This document shows positions 9,718-19,123 of a stretch of 64,000 bases of DNA, one piece after another. The notes beneath the pieces are model-generated. The model saw only the letters and a list, made by a program, of their open reading frames with translations, had not been told where the DNA came from and made no database searches. Positions within the stretch are counted from its first letter, which is position 1, and each line of letters starts with the position of its first letter. Source of the stretch: an uncultured virus (IMG/VR IMGVR_UViG_3300044846_004358) (taxonomy: Duplodnaviria > Heunggongvirae > Uroviricota > Caudoviricetes). Where the stretch lies: the IMG/VR virus record IMGVR_UViG_3300044846_004358; one strand, written 5' to 3'. The position numbers and the translations under genes are program-made.

Positions 9718-10104
9718 TTATTCATACATATACTTTTCATCATTTGGGAACTCTTTCTCAAACAACTTTATTAATCTTGCTGAATATGCGTTAGCCTCAT
9801 CCTCATTAATTCCACCAATGTCAGGTCCTCTTTCTCTTCCCAAAATTGTCATTTGATATTCATGAATCCATTCATGAGCTAATGTTCTCAATATATCTCG
9901 ATTCATCCTACCTGATGTTAATACTTTCAAGGTATGATTGGTGTTCCTAGACCCAGTAGTCATTACACCTTCCCTTTCACCAAGTAATTCAATAGTCAAG
10001 TCGTATTTTAAAGGGTAATTCTTTTGAATGAATTTAATAAACTCCAAATACAACTTATGTGTGGTCTTTTTTTTATCGTCTTTAAATACAATTTTGACTT
10101 TCAT
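9718..10104 (-). CDS. Putative HExxH zinc metallopeptidase-like protein
   Basis: LRTLAHEWIHEYQ...EDEANA; start moved to 10104 after the TATTTAT motif. Confidence 0.65.
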   Translation of the reverse strand: MKVKIVFKDDKKKTTHKLYLEFIKFIQKNYPLKYDLTIELLGEREGVMTTGSRNTNHTLKVLTSGRMNRDILRTLAHEWIHEYQMTILGRERGPDIGGINEDEANAYSARLIKLFEKEFPNDEKYMYE

Positions 10105-10172
10105 ATCTATAAATATCATTTATTATAATTAAAATAAACAATGAATTATTGATATTTATTTAAAAAAGTGTT

Positions 10173-11468
10173 GTGAAAAAAATTGTCATTTCTGAAGAAG
10201 AAAAAAAACATATAAAAGGTCTATACAAAATTAATGAACAAGGAAAATCTCCTTTAGACATTATTTTTAGTACAGCATTAGATAAATTAGAAAAATTTAG
10301 AAGAGGTGAAATTGACCCTGAAGATATGACAACATCTGATTCAACATCCGATAGTAGTGAATATGATTCTTCATTAGTATCAAGTTTCGAACCTGGAGAA
10401 TTTTTTGTACATCCAAATGCTGAATCTTTTAAAATTACTTACGGACCATCAGCAATAAAATTAAATTCACCCTCTGAATTGTTACTTAAAAGTATTTTTG
10501 CTCAAGCAAATACATCAAATTTGAAAGTTACAAGTACTTTAAGAACGTATGAAGACCAAGCGAGAGTTAATAAACAAAATAGTAGGTCAAATATAGCATC
10601 TTGGTATGGACAAGATGTGGTAAATGTTTGGGATAAATATATGTCAGGTGAATTAACACAAAAACAATATGCTGATTTTTTAGAAGATAGAGATAAAAAA
10701 AGAGGTAAAGTTTTAAGTAACCATATACCTGGATTTGCTATCGATGTTGCACCATATAGTGAACAATTTGCAAGTGCCGCAGAAAAATTAATGAAAACCC
10801 CAAACTCTGGGATAAGAAAGGTTCTAAGAGAAAAGAATAATAACGCTGTTCACATAGAATTCAATTTTCCTGTGACAGATAAAGGTGGTATTGGCACGAT
10901 TCCAAAAATGCCATCAAAAAAAGAAGAAAAAAGATTTGATAAACAAATGTCTAAGGGGGGTATCATTGTTGATAAAAATAATAATACATCAAATTATGCA
11001 ATTGTTTTCGGTGGTTCACCAAGTAGTTCATATGGTGCTCAGTTTATGTTTGATAAAGGTTCAAAAATACTTTCAGACAAAAATGTAGTTTATAGTAATT
11101 TTGAAAATTCATTGGACAATGTTTTGAATCAGATTAAATTACAAGACCCTAAGGCTAAAATAACTTCAGTAAGTGGATTTTCAGCTGGTGGTAAAAATGC
11201 TTGGGAGGCAGCAACTAAAGGTTATAAGGTGGGTTTAATTGACCCAGTTGTACCTGATTTTGCAACTCAATTTGTTGGTTCTAATTTTAATGGTGAATTA
11301 CCCTCAAACATCAAAATGATATCAAGACAAGAAAATTGGTCGGGGCAATTTAGAAAACATGGTGAAAGATTAAAAAACTTAGAGTCGACTCAACCTGAGG
11401 TACGAAGAAATGTTAAACATGCCGATATGCCAAGTCAATTTTTTAGTGACTTTAAAAACTTTGTGTAA
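10173..11468 (+). CDS. Class-B leader protein with peptidase M15-like (LAS) domain and C-terminal alpha/beta-hydrolase-like domain
   Basis: TSTLRTYEDQ, SNHIPGFAIDV, AVHIEF; GFSAGG nucleophile-elbow motif. Confidence 0.65.
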   Translation: MKKIVISEEEKKHIKGLYKINEQGKSPLDIIFSTALDKLEKFRRGEIDPEDMTTSDSTSDSSEYDSSLVSSFEPGEFFVHPNAESFKITYGPSAIKLNSPSELLLKSIFAQANTSNLKVTSTLRTYEDQARVNKQNSRSNIASWYGQDVVNVWDKYMSGELTQKQYADFLEDRDKKRGKVLSNHIPGFAIDVAPYSEQFASAAEKLMKTPNSGIRKVLREKNNNAVHIEFNFPVTDKGGIGTIPKMPSKKEEKRFDKQMSKGGIIVDKNNNTSNYAIVFGGSPSSSYGAQFMFDKGSKILSDKNVVYSNFENSLDNVLNQIKLQDPKAKITSVSGFSAGGKNAWEAATKGYKVGLIDPVVPDFATQFVGSNFNGELPSNIKMISRQENWSGQFRKHGERLKNLESTQPEVRRNVKHADMPSQFFSDFKNFV

Positions 11469-11480
11469 AAATATTAAATT

Positions 11481-12317
11481 ATGTCAAGAAGAATGATAAT
11501 CTCAGAAAATGAGAAAAATAGAATCAAAAGTTTGTATAAAATAATTGAACAAGAAATAAATCCTTTAGATATTATTTTTAAAACCGCAATGAAAAAACTA
11601 GATGATTATAGAAGTGGTAAAATTTCACCTGATGCCGATAATAAAGATACCGAATCAGATACTGAAATCGATGATAAAACTACTCCGTATAAATCAAGTG
11701 GTAAAGGCGATTTTTATGACATAACAAAAAAGGTTATTGAAAATTTTGAAGGCGGTTATTGGAATCCTGAATGTGCTGGTTATCCAGGTTCAAAACATCC
11801 TCGTAAAACAGGAATGTATAGTAGGTCAGGTGAAACAATGTTCGGATTGGATAGAGAAGCAGGTAAGATTGAAGATATATCCTCAGATGGAAAAAAATTC
11901 TTTCAGTTGATTGATGACCAAAAAGAAAAGATGGGTATGGATAATTTTTGTAAAAAATGGACTTGGAATTATAGGGGTGGTGAAATTAAAAATCAATTAC
12001 TTGATTTAGCAGTAAAAACTATGAAAAGTTTGTTTGATAAAAATTCAAAAAATTATTTATCTGAAAAAGCAAGAAATATTGTAAATAATAGTAATCCATT
12101 ATTATTACACTTCTCATACGCCACGTGGAATGGTCCTGGTTTCTTCAAAGATTTTGCAAAAAGTATTAATAAAGGTGTTGATGAAGGCAAATCAGAGAAG
12201 GAATTAGTCAAAATCGCTAAAAACGATAGAGACAGAAGATTAGGTGGTGGTGCATGGGCTAAAGCAAACGAAAAGGTAAAAGCTCTCATTGATAAAGAAG
12301 CCTCAGGTATAGTATAA
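11481..12317 (+). CDS. Class-B leader protein with lysozyme-like (GH108-like) domain
   Basis: VIENFEGGYWNP...SGETMFGLDR; N-terminal ~50 aa similar to the upstream gene (PLDIIF.TA..KL). Confidence 0.55.
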   Translation: MSRRMIISENEKNRIKSLYKIIEQEINPLDIIFKTAMKKLDDYRSGKISPDADNKDTESDTEIDDKTTPYKSSGKGDFYDITKKVIENFEGGYWNPECAGYPGSKHPRKTGMYSRSGETMFGLDREAGKIEDISSDGKKFFQLIDDQKEKMGMDNFCKKWTWNYRGGEIKNQLLDLAVKTMKSLFDKNSKNYLSEKARNIVNNSNPLLLHFSYATWNGPGFFKDFAKSINKGVDEGKSEKELVKIAKNDRDRRLGGGAWAKANEKVKALIDKEASGIV

Positions 12318-12319
12318 AA

Positions 12320-12559
12320 TTATTCTTTTCGACAATAAGGTACTTTACCTGAAGGGTCTTGTAGTACAACTCCGAATTCTGTTTTAATTTCAGTAGGATT
12401 AGGTGGATTTTTAACACTCGAACATAACGATAAGTTCTCATATGTTTTTTTATCCAACTTTTTAGTGGTTGTTGTTGTTACAACACCTTGTTCCATTAAT
12501 CTATTTTTTTCAATTAAAACATTTCTTTCTTGTATGAGTTTTGTTTTTCTGTATGACAT
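12320..12559 (-). CDS. Small hypothetical protein with leader-like N-terminus ending LME
   Basis: 79-aa ORF; TATTTAT motif at 12573-12579. Confidence 0.65.
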   Translation of the reverse strand: MSYRKTKLIQERNVLIEKNRLMEQGVVTTTTTKKLDKKTYENLSLCSSVKNPPNPTEIKTEFGVVLQDPSGKVPYCRKE

Positions 12560-12584
12560 ATTGTTTTTAAATATAAATATATAT

Positions 12585-12770
12585 CTAACTCAATAATCTT
12601 TTAACCTGTTCCATAATTTGTACTTGTCTTCGTTCCAAATCATTAATTCTTTGTTTTTGTTGATTAGACAACTCCAAACTTTCACCTTTTATTCTATTTA
12701 TTTCATTAAATAATTTGGTATGTTCATTTAGTAAACTACCATAAATTTGAGCTTTTTGTTCTTCAGTCAT
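12585..12770 (-). CDS. Small coiled-coil hypothetical protein
   Basis: 61-aa heptad-rich ORF. Confidence 0.65.
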   Translation of the reverse strand: MTEEQKAQIYGSLLNEHTKLFNEINRIKGESLELSNQQKQRINDLERRQVQIMEQVKRLLS

Positions 12771-12781
12771 TTTTGTATTTT

Positions 12782-13273
12782 ATGTTTTTTATCAAAAAAT
12801 ATGAGTTTTATATAAAACTTAGTGTTATTATACTATCAATAATACAACCATTTATTCTTTTGTCAATATGTGGTGAATTATGGTCTTTATCAAGTTATTG
12901 GAGAACACCACTTCAACCAATGTTCATAATAATAAACGCAGCCACAAGTTACTTCTTCTTTAGTACAGACAAATGGTTGGTACCTTCGATTCTGTTATTA
13001 CTTCTGACTGCGTTTTCTTTAGACCTATACCCAACAACACATAATATTATTGCAGGTCTTTTCTTTCTCTCTTGTTCCTATCCTCTTATGACATTAAAAA
13101 GATTCCAATTTTTTGGTATTCTTTATTATATGTCAATATTTGTATTGTTGTATTCAGGTATGTTGTGGTTCGAGATTTATTGTGTTTTAATACTGGGGTC
13201 ATACCATCTTACAATACTTTTATATAAACATCATTTAGATAAATTAAGAGAAGAATCACATAACAAATCATAA
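12782..13273 (+). CDS. Polytopic membrane protein
   Basis: Five to six hydrophobic segments. Confidence 0.7.
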   Translation: MFFIKKYEFYIKLSVIILSIIQPFILLSICGELWSLSSYWRTPLQPMFIIINAATSYFFFSTDKWLVPSILLLLLTAFSLDLYPTTHNIIAGLFFLSCSYPLMTLKRFQFFGILYYMSIFVLLYSGMLWFEIYCVLILGSYHLTILLYKHHLDKLREESHNKS

Positions 13274-13863
13274 CTTTGATTAATTTGATGTTTAATAATC
13301 AATTCATCATAACGCCATAACTCGTATTTTTCTATAACCATACCAATGTGTTTCCAATATTCACCAAATCCATAACCTTTACAATGATTTGTCCAATATT
13401 TCCAATTTTTACCAACAGCGTGTTTGTAATATTTCTTAAGAAATAAAGCATGGTCTTCAAATGATTCAGAGAAACTTTCATACTTTCTCCATTTTGTTCC
13501 ACCCAAAGATACATAATAATCACCATCGTACAATTCTTTATAATACTTCATACCGAATAGATTATTTGCATTCTTTGCAATTGGTGAATACCCACCCCCA
13601 CTTTCAGCTATCGCTTGTGCTAATTGAACACTTGTAGGTATACCATGTTCTAAGTGATAGTACATTGCAATTTCGTGGTAATTATCACAAAATTTACTAT
13701 ACGGGTGTTTTCGATTTATTTTCACCTTGTTTGATAATTGTATTGCTACAACATCATTGTGAACTTTCTTTTCAACCTCCGAAGAAACTGAAATTTTTTG
13801 TGGACTATTAGAATCCAAGGAAACCAACAAGAACCACAAAATGATTGCAATTATCTTTTTCAT
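13231..13863 (-). CDS. GH73 glucosaminidase (FlgJ-like) with signal/anchor sequence
   Basis: GIPTSVQLAQAIAESG, NNLFGMK, WRKYES..ESFEDH. Confidence 0.85.
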   Translation of the reverse strand: MKKIIAIILWFLLVSLDSNSPQKISVSSEVEKKVHNDVVAIQLSNKVKINRKHPYSKFCDNYHEIAMYYHLEHGIPTSVQLAQAIAESGGGYSPIAKNANNLFGMKYYKELYDGDYYVSLGGTKWRKYESFSESFEDHALFLKKYYKHAVGKNWKYWTNHCKGYGFGEYWKHIGMVIEKYELWRYDELIIKHQINQSYDLLCDSSLNLSK

Positions 13864-13949
13864 TTTGTTTTTTGTTTTTGTAAAACCACAATTCGTTTTA
13901 CCCCATTACATTATAAATATAATAGTTAAGTAAGTAAAGCCACAAAGTG

Positions 13950-14408
13950 TTAAACTGGATAAACTGCGTTGATTTGGAGTTGGTAAGTTTTTTCAAACCA
14001 AGCTTTCAACATTTTTTCGAAAAGTTCTTTACCAAAAGCACCTGAAACATTCTTAAGTTCCCAAGCATGATATTCTAAATTGTAATCGTCTGAATTGTCT
14101 ACTGGTAATACTTTAAACACATATTCATCGTCTTCCCAATCTATTTCAGGGTCAACATAATAAACATATGCTTGGTATATATCATAAGTCTTAAAATCTT
14201 CATACTCCCTCTGAACTTCAATTAGATTTTCATACTTCTCCATCATAGAATCAAACAAGTTTTTTAATCTTTCTTCCTTGTTTTCATTAACAAACTTTAA
14301 CTTATTTGTAATTCTAAATTCATTTTTATTAAGTTGATGATGAAGTTCCCAGTTATGAATTGAGTTATTGTATTCTTCCAATAATATTTTTTTAATTATC
14401 TTTTTCAT
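13950..14408 (-). CDS. Hypothetical protein with class-C leader (MKKIIKKILLEE)
   Basis: 152-aa ORF. Confidence 0.75.
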   Translation of the reverse strand: MKKIIKKILLEEYNNSIHNWELHHQLNKNEFRITNKLKFVNENKEERLKNLFDSMMEKYENLIEVQREYEDFKTYDIYQAYVYYVDPEIDWEDDEYVFKVLPVDNSDDYNLEYHAWELKNVSGAFGKELFEKMLKAWFEKTYQLQINAVYPV

Positions 14409-14411
14409 CTA

Positions 14412-15098
14412 TTAGGATATAAATAAATTGTATTCTTGTTCTCTTCTATTTGCTAATCCCTCTGTTGTACCAATATAAAAAGTTTTCACAAGTTCAGCAG
14501 CTTTTTTTGTATTACCTTTTTTTAGTTCTTGTATAAATCTAGATTTTCTCATACTTGTACATCCAGCATTGAATGTCATTGAAACCATAGCATCAAATTG
14601 TCCTTGAGTTAATTTATAAGTTTTTAAATCATTTTTTTTCCATTCATCCATTATTCGTCTGATACAACCAATAGCATCGCCAGAATCTTGAACCAAAAAA
14701 TCTTCAGCTTGTTTTTTGGTTATTTTCATACCAACCCTAACACCATCGGTATGACCATATCCAATCGTTGGTATTCCCCTTGAGTCAAGATATCCTACCA
14801 ACTTAGGTTGTTTTACCCCACCAATTCTATTTGCTGCGTCACCCTCCCATTCTCTAACTATTTTTTTGTAATCATTTGTTATATTCATAACAGAACCATC
14901 CATCAATTGTTTCCCACTAATTTTCTGTGGTTCAGGATTGGCAATACCTTTTGGTTTTACCTTTTTTGTTGTTTCTATTTTTTTCTGAGAAGGTCTTTGA
15001 ATCCCCACCATTTTATATGGGTCAGTTATATTTCCAATCGTTTTATTTACTTGTTGTAAAATATTATCGTATTGTTGTTCAGTAATTATAATTTTCAT
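14412..15098 (-). CDS. GH24 phage lysozyme with class-D leader (MKIIITEQQ)
   Basis: WEG...YLDSRGIPTIGYGHT, QGQFDAMVSMTFNAG, GLANRREQE. Confidence 0.88.
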   Translation of the reverse strand: MKIIITEQQYDNILQQVNKTIGNITDPYKMVGIQRPSQKKIETTKKVKPKGIANPEPQKISGKQLMDGSVMNITNDYKKIVREWEGDAANRIGGVKQPKLVGYLDSRGIPTIGYGHTDGVRVGMKITKKQAEDFLVQDSGDAIGCIRRIMDEWKKNDLKTYKLTQGQFDAMVSMTFNAGCTSMRKSRFIQELKKGNTKKAAELVKTFYIGTTEGLANRREQEYNLFIS

Positions 15099-15183
15099 AA
15101 ATGAATTTTACAATAAATATCACAAATAAAAATCCCCACCTTATTGATGGGGATGTGTCTGATAAATAGTTTAAAATTTATAA

Positions 15184-16095
15184 TTATAAAAGTATTGATT
15201 TTCCGTTGAATCTTCTTGCTTCAAAAAGTATATCTAATGTTGTCTCACCTTCGAAACTGAAATACCTTTCAAACATTTCACTCATTAAACCACCCAAGAA
15301 TCCAGTAACATTACCTGCAGCCTTAGAAATACCACTACCAATATCACTTGCGGTTTTCGAAATTTGTGAACCAACATTTTGGGCTGTTTTTTTTGCTGTC
15401 TGATAAGCACCTGAAGCTAAAGATTTAGCTTGTTCCCAAGTTTTACCAACCTGTGCTTGAACTGTTGACCATTGTTGTTTAAGATAATCTCCGACCAAAT
15501 TAGCAATTGTACCTATTTTAGATGCTCCACTTAATACTGCAGCATAAATCTTGGAACCAAATTGTTTTGCTTGACCAATAATCCATTTACCTAAGGTTAC
15601 TGATGAATCTTTAAGGTTAGAAAGTTGTTGTCCTACATATTGAGCACCCTTATCAATTAATATACCACCAGCTTTTAAAGTATCTACTGATTTCTTACCT
15701 AATTCAGTTGCCCCCCCAATAACTAATTTACCTGTTGATGATAATAATTTTAATAAAGCATCGGATGTGGCTTTAGCTATTCTATAAACACCTTTACCAA
15801 TCAACCAAATAACTGCAGCACCATATATTACAATTGTAAAGGTAATGTTACCCAAAGTCACAATAGTTTGTTTACCAGCTTTCATTACTTGTTGTGCTCC
15901 ACTAGATATAGCTTGACCGGCTACCTGAGCACCTTGTTTTACCGCAGTTACCGCCTGACCTACAGCTTGTTTTGTTGCTTGAGCGGCCTTTTGACCTTGT
16001 TGTTGTCCTGCTTGATAAGATGTTGTTTGTTCGTCTATTATTTTTTTTATTAATCTTGTCAAATCAGATTCAGTTAGAGTTATAATCCTTTTCAT
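15184..16095 (-). CDS. Class-A leader protein, Ala/Gly/Gln/Lys-rich helical repeats with one hydrophobic segment
   Basis: MKRIITLTESDLTRLIKKIIDE; ~11-aa periodic helical repeats; ITFTIVIYGAAVIWLIG. Confidence 0.75.
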   Translation of the reverse strand: MKRIITLTESDLTRLIKKIIDEQTTSYQAGQQQGQKAAQATKQAVGQAVTAVKQGAQVAGQAISSGAQQVMKAGKQTIVTLGNITFTIVIYGAAVIWLIGKGVYRIAKATSDALLKLLSSTGKLVIGGATELGKKSVDTLKAGGILIDKGAQYVGQQLSNLKDSSVTLGKWIIGQAKQFGSKIYAAVLSGASKIGTIANLVGDYLKQQWSTVQAQVGKTWEQAKSLASGAYQTAKKTAQNVGSQISKTASDIGSGISKAAGNVTGFLGGLMSEMFERYFSFEGETTLDILFEARRFNGKSILL

Positions 16096-16159
16096 TTTTA
16101 TACTTTTTATAATTTTATTATTGTCTATAAATATATCATAAAAATAAAAAAATTACCCA

Positions 16160-16552
16160 TTATAAATTCAATATACCATCCTTGACTATTGTTTCATTTG
16201 GTAACCAAATCTTTATCTCAAAATTTTCAACCAGTTCCAATTCACCAATTTTTATTTTATCCTTTAGGTTTGGTAAAGTTATAATCAATGTTTGATTATT
16301 AATCTGACTTTCAAAATTATATCGACCATTTTTTGCCAAAACATCCAAAATTTCATACCTAAGATTTGTTTTAACCATCAATTCCACCCTAACATATGTC
16401 TTGTCCCAAGTTAAAACAGATTTTTTACACTCCAAAGGGAATACAACCTCATTCACATTTACATTAAAAGACCTAATTAATGTTTTCTCGGATTGTCCAA
16501 AAGAGATATAACTACCAAGTAAAAAAACTAACAACAGAATTAAATTTTTCAT
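16160..16552 (-). CDS. Putative secreted hypothetical protein
   Basis: Signal peptide MKNLILLLVFLLGSYISFG-Q; TTTG-N19-TATATTTG promoter upstream. Confidence 0.72.
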   Translation of the reverse strand: MKNLILLLVFLLGSYISFGQSEKTLIRSFNVNVNEVVFPLECKKSVLTWDKTYVRVELMVKTNLRYEILDVLAKNGRYNFESQINNQTLIITLPNLKDKIKIGELELVENFEIKIWLPNETIVKDGILNL

Positions 16553-16581
16553 AATAAGATTTTTTTTAATCGTTTATAGTT

Positions 16582-16612
16582 CAAATATAACTATAAATAT
16601 CAAAAAAACAAA
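16582..16612 (-). promoter_or_regulatory. Bacteroidota sigma-A-type promoter (TTTG-N19-TAnnTTTG)
   Basis: CAAATATA at 16582-16589 and CAAA at 16609-16612 on +. Confidence 0.65.
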
Positions 16613-16678
16613 TAAAATTCTGTGGATTACTTCAAAAATTGTAATTAAAAACCCACTCTTACTCAGGTGGGGTTTAAT

Positions 16679-17128
16679 TTACCTATAATAAAATTTATTT
16701 TGTATGAATTGTTCAATTATATCCCAATTATCTGAGTAATAATCTTCGTTGGAAATATACGATGGCTCAAACTCATAATCATAATCTCTACCATCGTGAA
16801 ATTCTTGCATACTTCCTGTCAATTCAAACATTTCACCATTATCTAATTCCTTTGTGAATGTGACATCATCACCATCAAATTCAACATTACCATAAAACTT
16901 TTGTTCAAAATGAACTTGGATTGGGAAACTCTTACTGAAAATATTTTTTAATTCATTATGTAATTGAACTTTGATAGCATTTTCTCTTTTGAAACTTTCC
17001 TCACCAGGAAGAATAATCTCAAGCATCTTGCCTGTGAAGTAAACATCAACAATTTCATTCTTAAATGATTTCTTGACATATCTTATTACAGCATCTTCAA
17101 ATTGACTTTCAGTTATTATAATTTTCAT
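16679..17128 (-). CDS. Hypothetical protein with class-D leader (MKIIITESQ)
   Basis: ATGA overlap with the upstream gene. Confidence 0.75.
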   Translation of the reverse strand: MKIIITESQFEDAVIRYVKKSFKNEIVDVYFTGKMLEIILPGEESFKRENAIKVQLHNELKNIFSKSFPIQVHFEQKFYGNVEFDGDDVTFTKELDNGEMFELTGSMQEFHDGRDYDYEFEPSYISNEDYYSDNWDIIEQFIQNKFYYR

Positions 17129-17568
17129 TCCCCACAATTTTTAATAAATGTATTTGTAATTAATTCACCATAATTTTTGATAAGATAATGTTCCATTTGA
17201 TAAAATATATTTTCAAACTCCATATCTTCTTCATCAATATTATAATGAGAAGTAAAATTAAAATTATTATAACAAAACTCATTAATTGCCTCAGTTACGA
17301 CAATAAGAAATTGACTTGGGGTTTCATAAAGGTCACACATACCAATTTTCTTATCGAAGTCATAAACTTTATGAAATTTATTTTCCATATAGAAATCAAT
17401 TAAATCAGTAATTCTTTTATCCTCCAACTCGAAACCAAATCTATCAATAAATTGATTTGTATCCATACCCATCATTCTGGCCGTATTATAGATACCATCT
17501 TCCATAACCTTTTTGGATATGGTTTGTTTTAATTTCTCCAACTTACTTTCCGAAATAATAATTCTCAT
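17125..17568 (-). CDS. Hypothetical protein with class-D leader (MRIIISESK)
   Basis: Also carries the GIYNTARMMG sub-module. Confidence 0.75.
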   Translation of the reverse strand: MRIIISESKLEKLKQTISKKVMEDGIYNTARMMGMDTNQFIDRFGFELEDKRITDLIDFYMENKFHKVYDFDKKIGMCDLYETPSQFLIVVTEAINEFCYNNFNFTSHYNIDEEDMEFENIFYQMEHYLIKNYGELITNTFIKNCGE

Positions 17569-17580
17569 ATACAATATATA

Positions 17581-17868
17581 TTAACAATTTCCAACATAAG
17601 AACCGATGTGAAAATTAATACCTGAAAATATTGTTTTCAATTCCTCTTTTATTTCTTTTTTTAATCTAACAACATCAATCCAAAAATCATCAGTATTATT
17701 TTCATCCCTCCAATCTTGAGATATTATAGCCATTATCCAAAACACATCATCCTCATCATAACCATCAACCTCAAAACGACATATCTTACCTGAATATCTA
17801 TTTAATAATTTATCCAAATACTTTTGTAATACTCTATCAAATTGATTCTCGTTAATTCTAATCTTCAT
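17581..17868 (-). CDS. Hypothetical protein with class-D leader (MKIRINENQ)
   Basis: 95-aa ORF. Confidence 0.72.
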   Translation of the reverse strand: MKIRINENQFDRVLQKYLDKLLNRYSGKICRFEVDGYDEDDVFWIMAIISQDWRDENNTDDFWIDVVRLKKEIKEELKTIFSGINFHIGSYVGNC

Positions 17869-18181
17869 ATATTATATCGTTGAAAAATAATTTTATATTT
17901 GGGAAATGTGTACCAATTAAATATTGAATTGTTGCTCTAATATTATCAAAATCCTCTCTATTACCACTAACATAAAAATTAAGATAAACATTTAATCCTG
18001 TATATGGCACAATTCTATCAATCTCAATTCTCTTAACAGATTCCAACTCCTCCAATTCATCCATCTCACCCAATCCCCAATCCTGAGATTCTTCTCTCAA
18101 ATTATCCAATTCACCATCAATCAAATTTTGAATGTGTTTTTTGAATTTCTCCAATTGTTTATCCGTGATTTCTACTTTCAT
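17858..18181 (-). CDS. Hypothetical protein with class-D-like leader (MKVEITDKQ)
   Basis: 107-aa ORF; TATTTAT motif at 18187-18193. Confidence 0.72.
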   Translation of the reverse strand: MKVEITDKQLEKFKKHIQNLIDGELDNLREESQDWGLGEMDELEELESVKRIEIDRIVPYTGLNVYLNFYVSGNREDFDNIRATIQYLIGTHFPNIKLFFNDIIYED

Positions 18182-18215
18182 AATATATAAATATCTTAAA
18201 TAAAAAACCCAACTT

Positions 18216-18338
18216 TTATTGTTGGGTTGTTAAACATTTTTTCAAAACCTCTTTATTCTCATTCATTCTTTTCAAGGTTTTCTTAAATGATTTTTTACTT
18301 TGTCTTTTGTTTCTTGGAACTCTTTTATTCTTTGCCAT
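18216..18338 (-). CDS. Small very basic 40-aa peptide (not in ORF track)
   Basis: Hand translation MAKNKRVPRNKRQSKKSFKKTLKRMNENKEVLKKCLTTQQ; TATTTAT motif at 18350-18356; terminator hairpin at its 3' end. Confidence 0.6.
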   Translation of the reverse strand: MAKNKRVPRNKRQSKKSFKKTLKRMNENKEVLKKCLTTQQ

Positions 18339-18373
18339 AATTTTTTAATATAAATATACTTCTATAAAAAAAA

Positions 18374-18407
18374 GGTTAGGGACTCAATACGAGTGAAACA
18401 AGGAAAT
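18374..18407. repeat. ~38-bp intergenic repeat, copy 1 (degenerate)
   Basis: GGTTAGGGACTCAATACGAGTGAAACAAGGAAAT. Confidence 0.6.
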
Positions 18408-18420
18408 CATCAGATAATAT

Positions 18421-19071
18421 TTAATTATTTTGGTGTTTAAAAGAAAAAGGTCTTTTTATTATTTGACAACACTTTTTACACAACCATTTTTTTTCTTTAT
18501 CTATTTGTTTGATAGTCCCTTTAGCATCATTCATCAAACATTCATTATCAAAATCACAATGTTCTAAACCTAAATTATGACCTATTTCATGTAAACATAC
18601 TTTTTCAACCCTTTCTTTTATAATTTCTTTAGATACATTTTTTTTCATTCTGAATGTTGATACAACACAAGTGTTTCCAGGTCTATATCCCAAACCAAGA
18701 ATACCCCATTCATCAATCATACCCTTTTTCATTGTAATATCAATTTCAGTAATAATTAATAGATTTTGATTTGAGTCAAATTTTTTTAATATTGTACTTG
18801 CACAATATCTTTTTTTACTTTTGGAAAGTAAATCATCAGTTAATTCAACACGTGGTTTTATTTCACACTTATAATTGTAAAAGGACTCAACTGAATTTTT
18901 GATGATGTTTAAATATTCTGGTGAAACATCACCTAAAGGTAGGATATTAATTTTTGGTTTAATATCTGTTTTTTTAATATTTTTAGATATCTTTTCATTT
19001 GTTGGTTTACACGATAATAGAAATATTGATGTCACCAAAATTGTTGTAAGTATTATAATTGTATTTTTCAT
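18421..19071 (-). CDS. Archaemetzincin-like zinc metalloprotease, probable lipoprotein
   Basis: Lipobox-like LLSC; HEIGHNLGLEHC, CLM Met-turn, WLCKKC; TTTG-N19-TATCTTTG promoter (19076-19106). Confidence 0.85.
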   Translation of the reverse strand: MKNTIIILTTILVTSIFLLSCKPTNEKISKNIKKTDIKPKINILPLGDVSPEYLNIIKNSVESFYNYKCEIKPRVELTDDLLSKSKKRYCASTILKKFDSNQNLLIITEIDITMKKGMIDEWGILGLGYRPGNTCVVSTFRMKKNVSKEIIKERVEKVCLHEIGHNLGLEHCDFDNECLMNDAKGTIKQIDKEKKWLCKKCCQIIKRPFSFKHQNN

Positions 19072-19123
19072 AATACAAAGATAATAAACAAAGACCTAAC
19101 TACAAAAGATTTTCTTATTGTAA

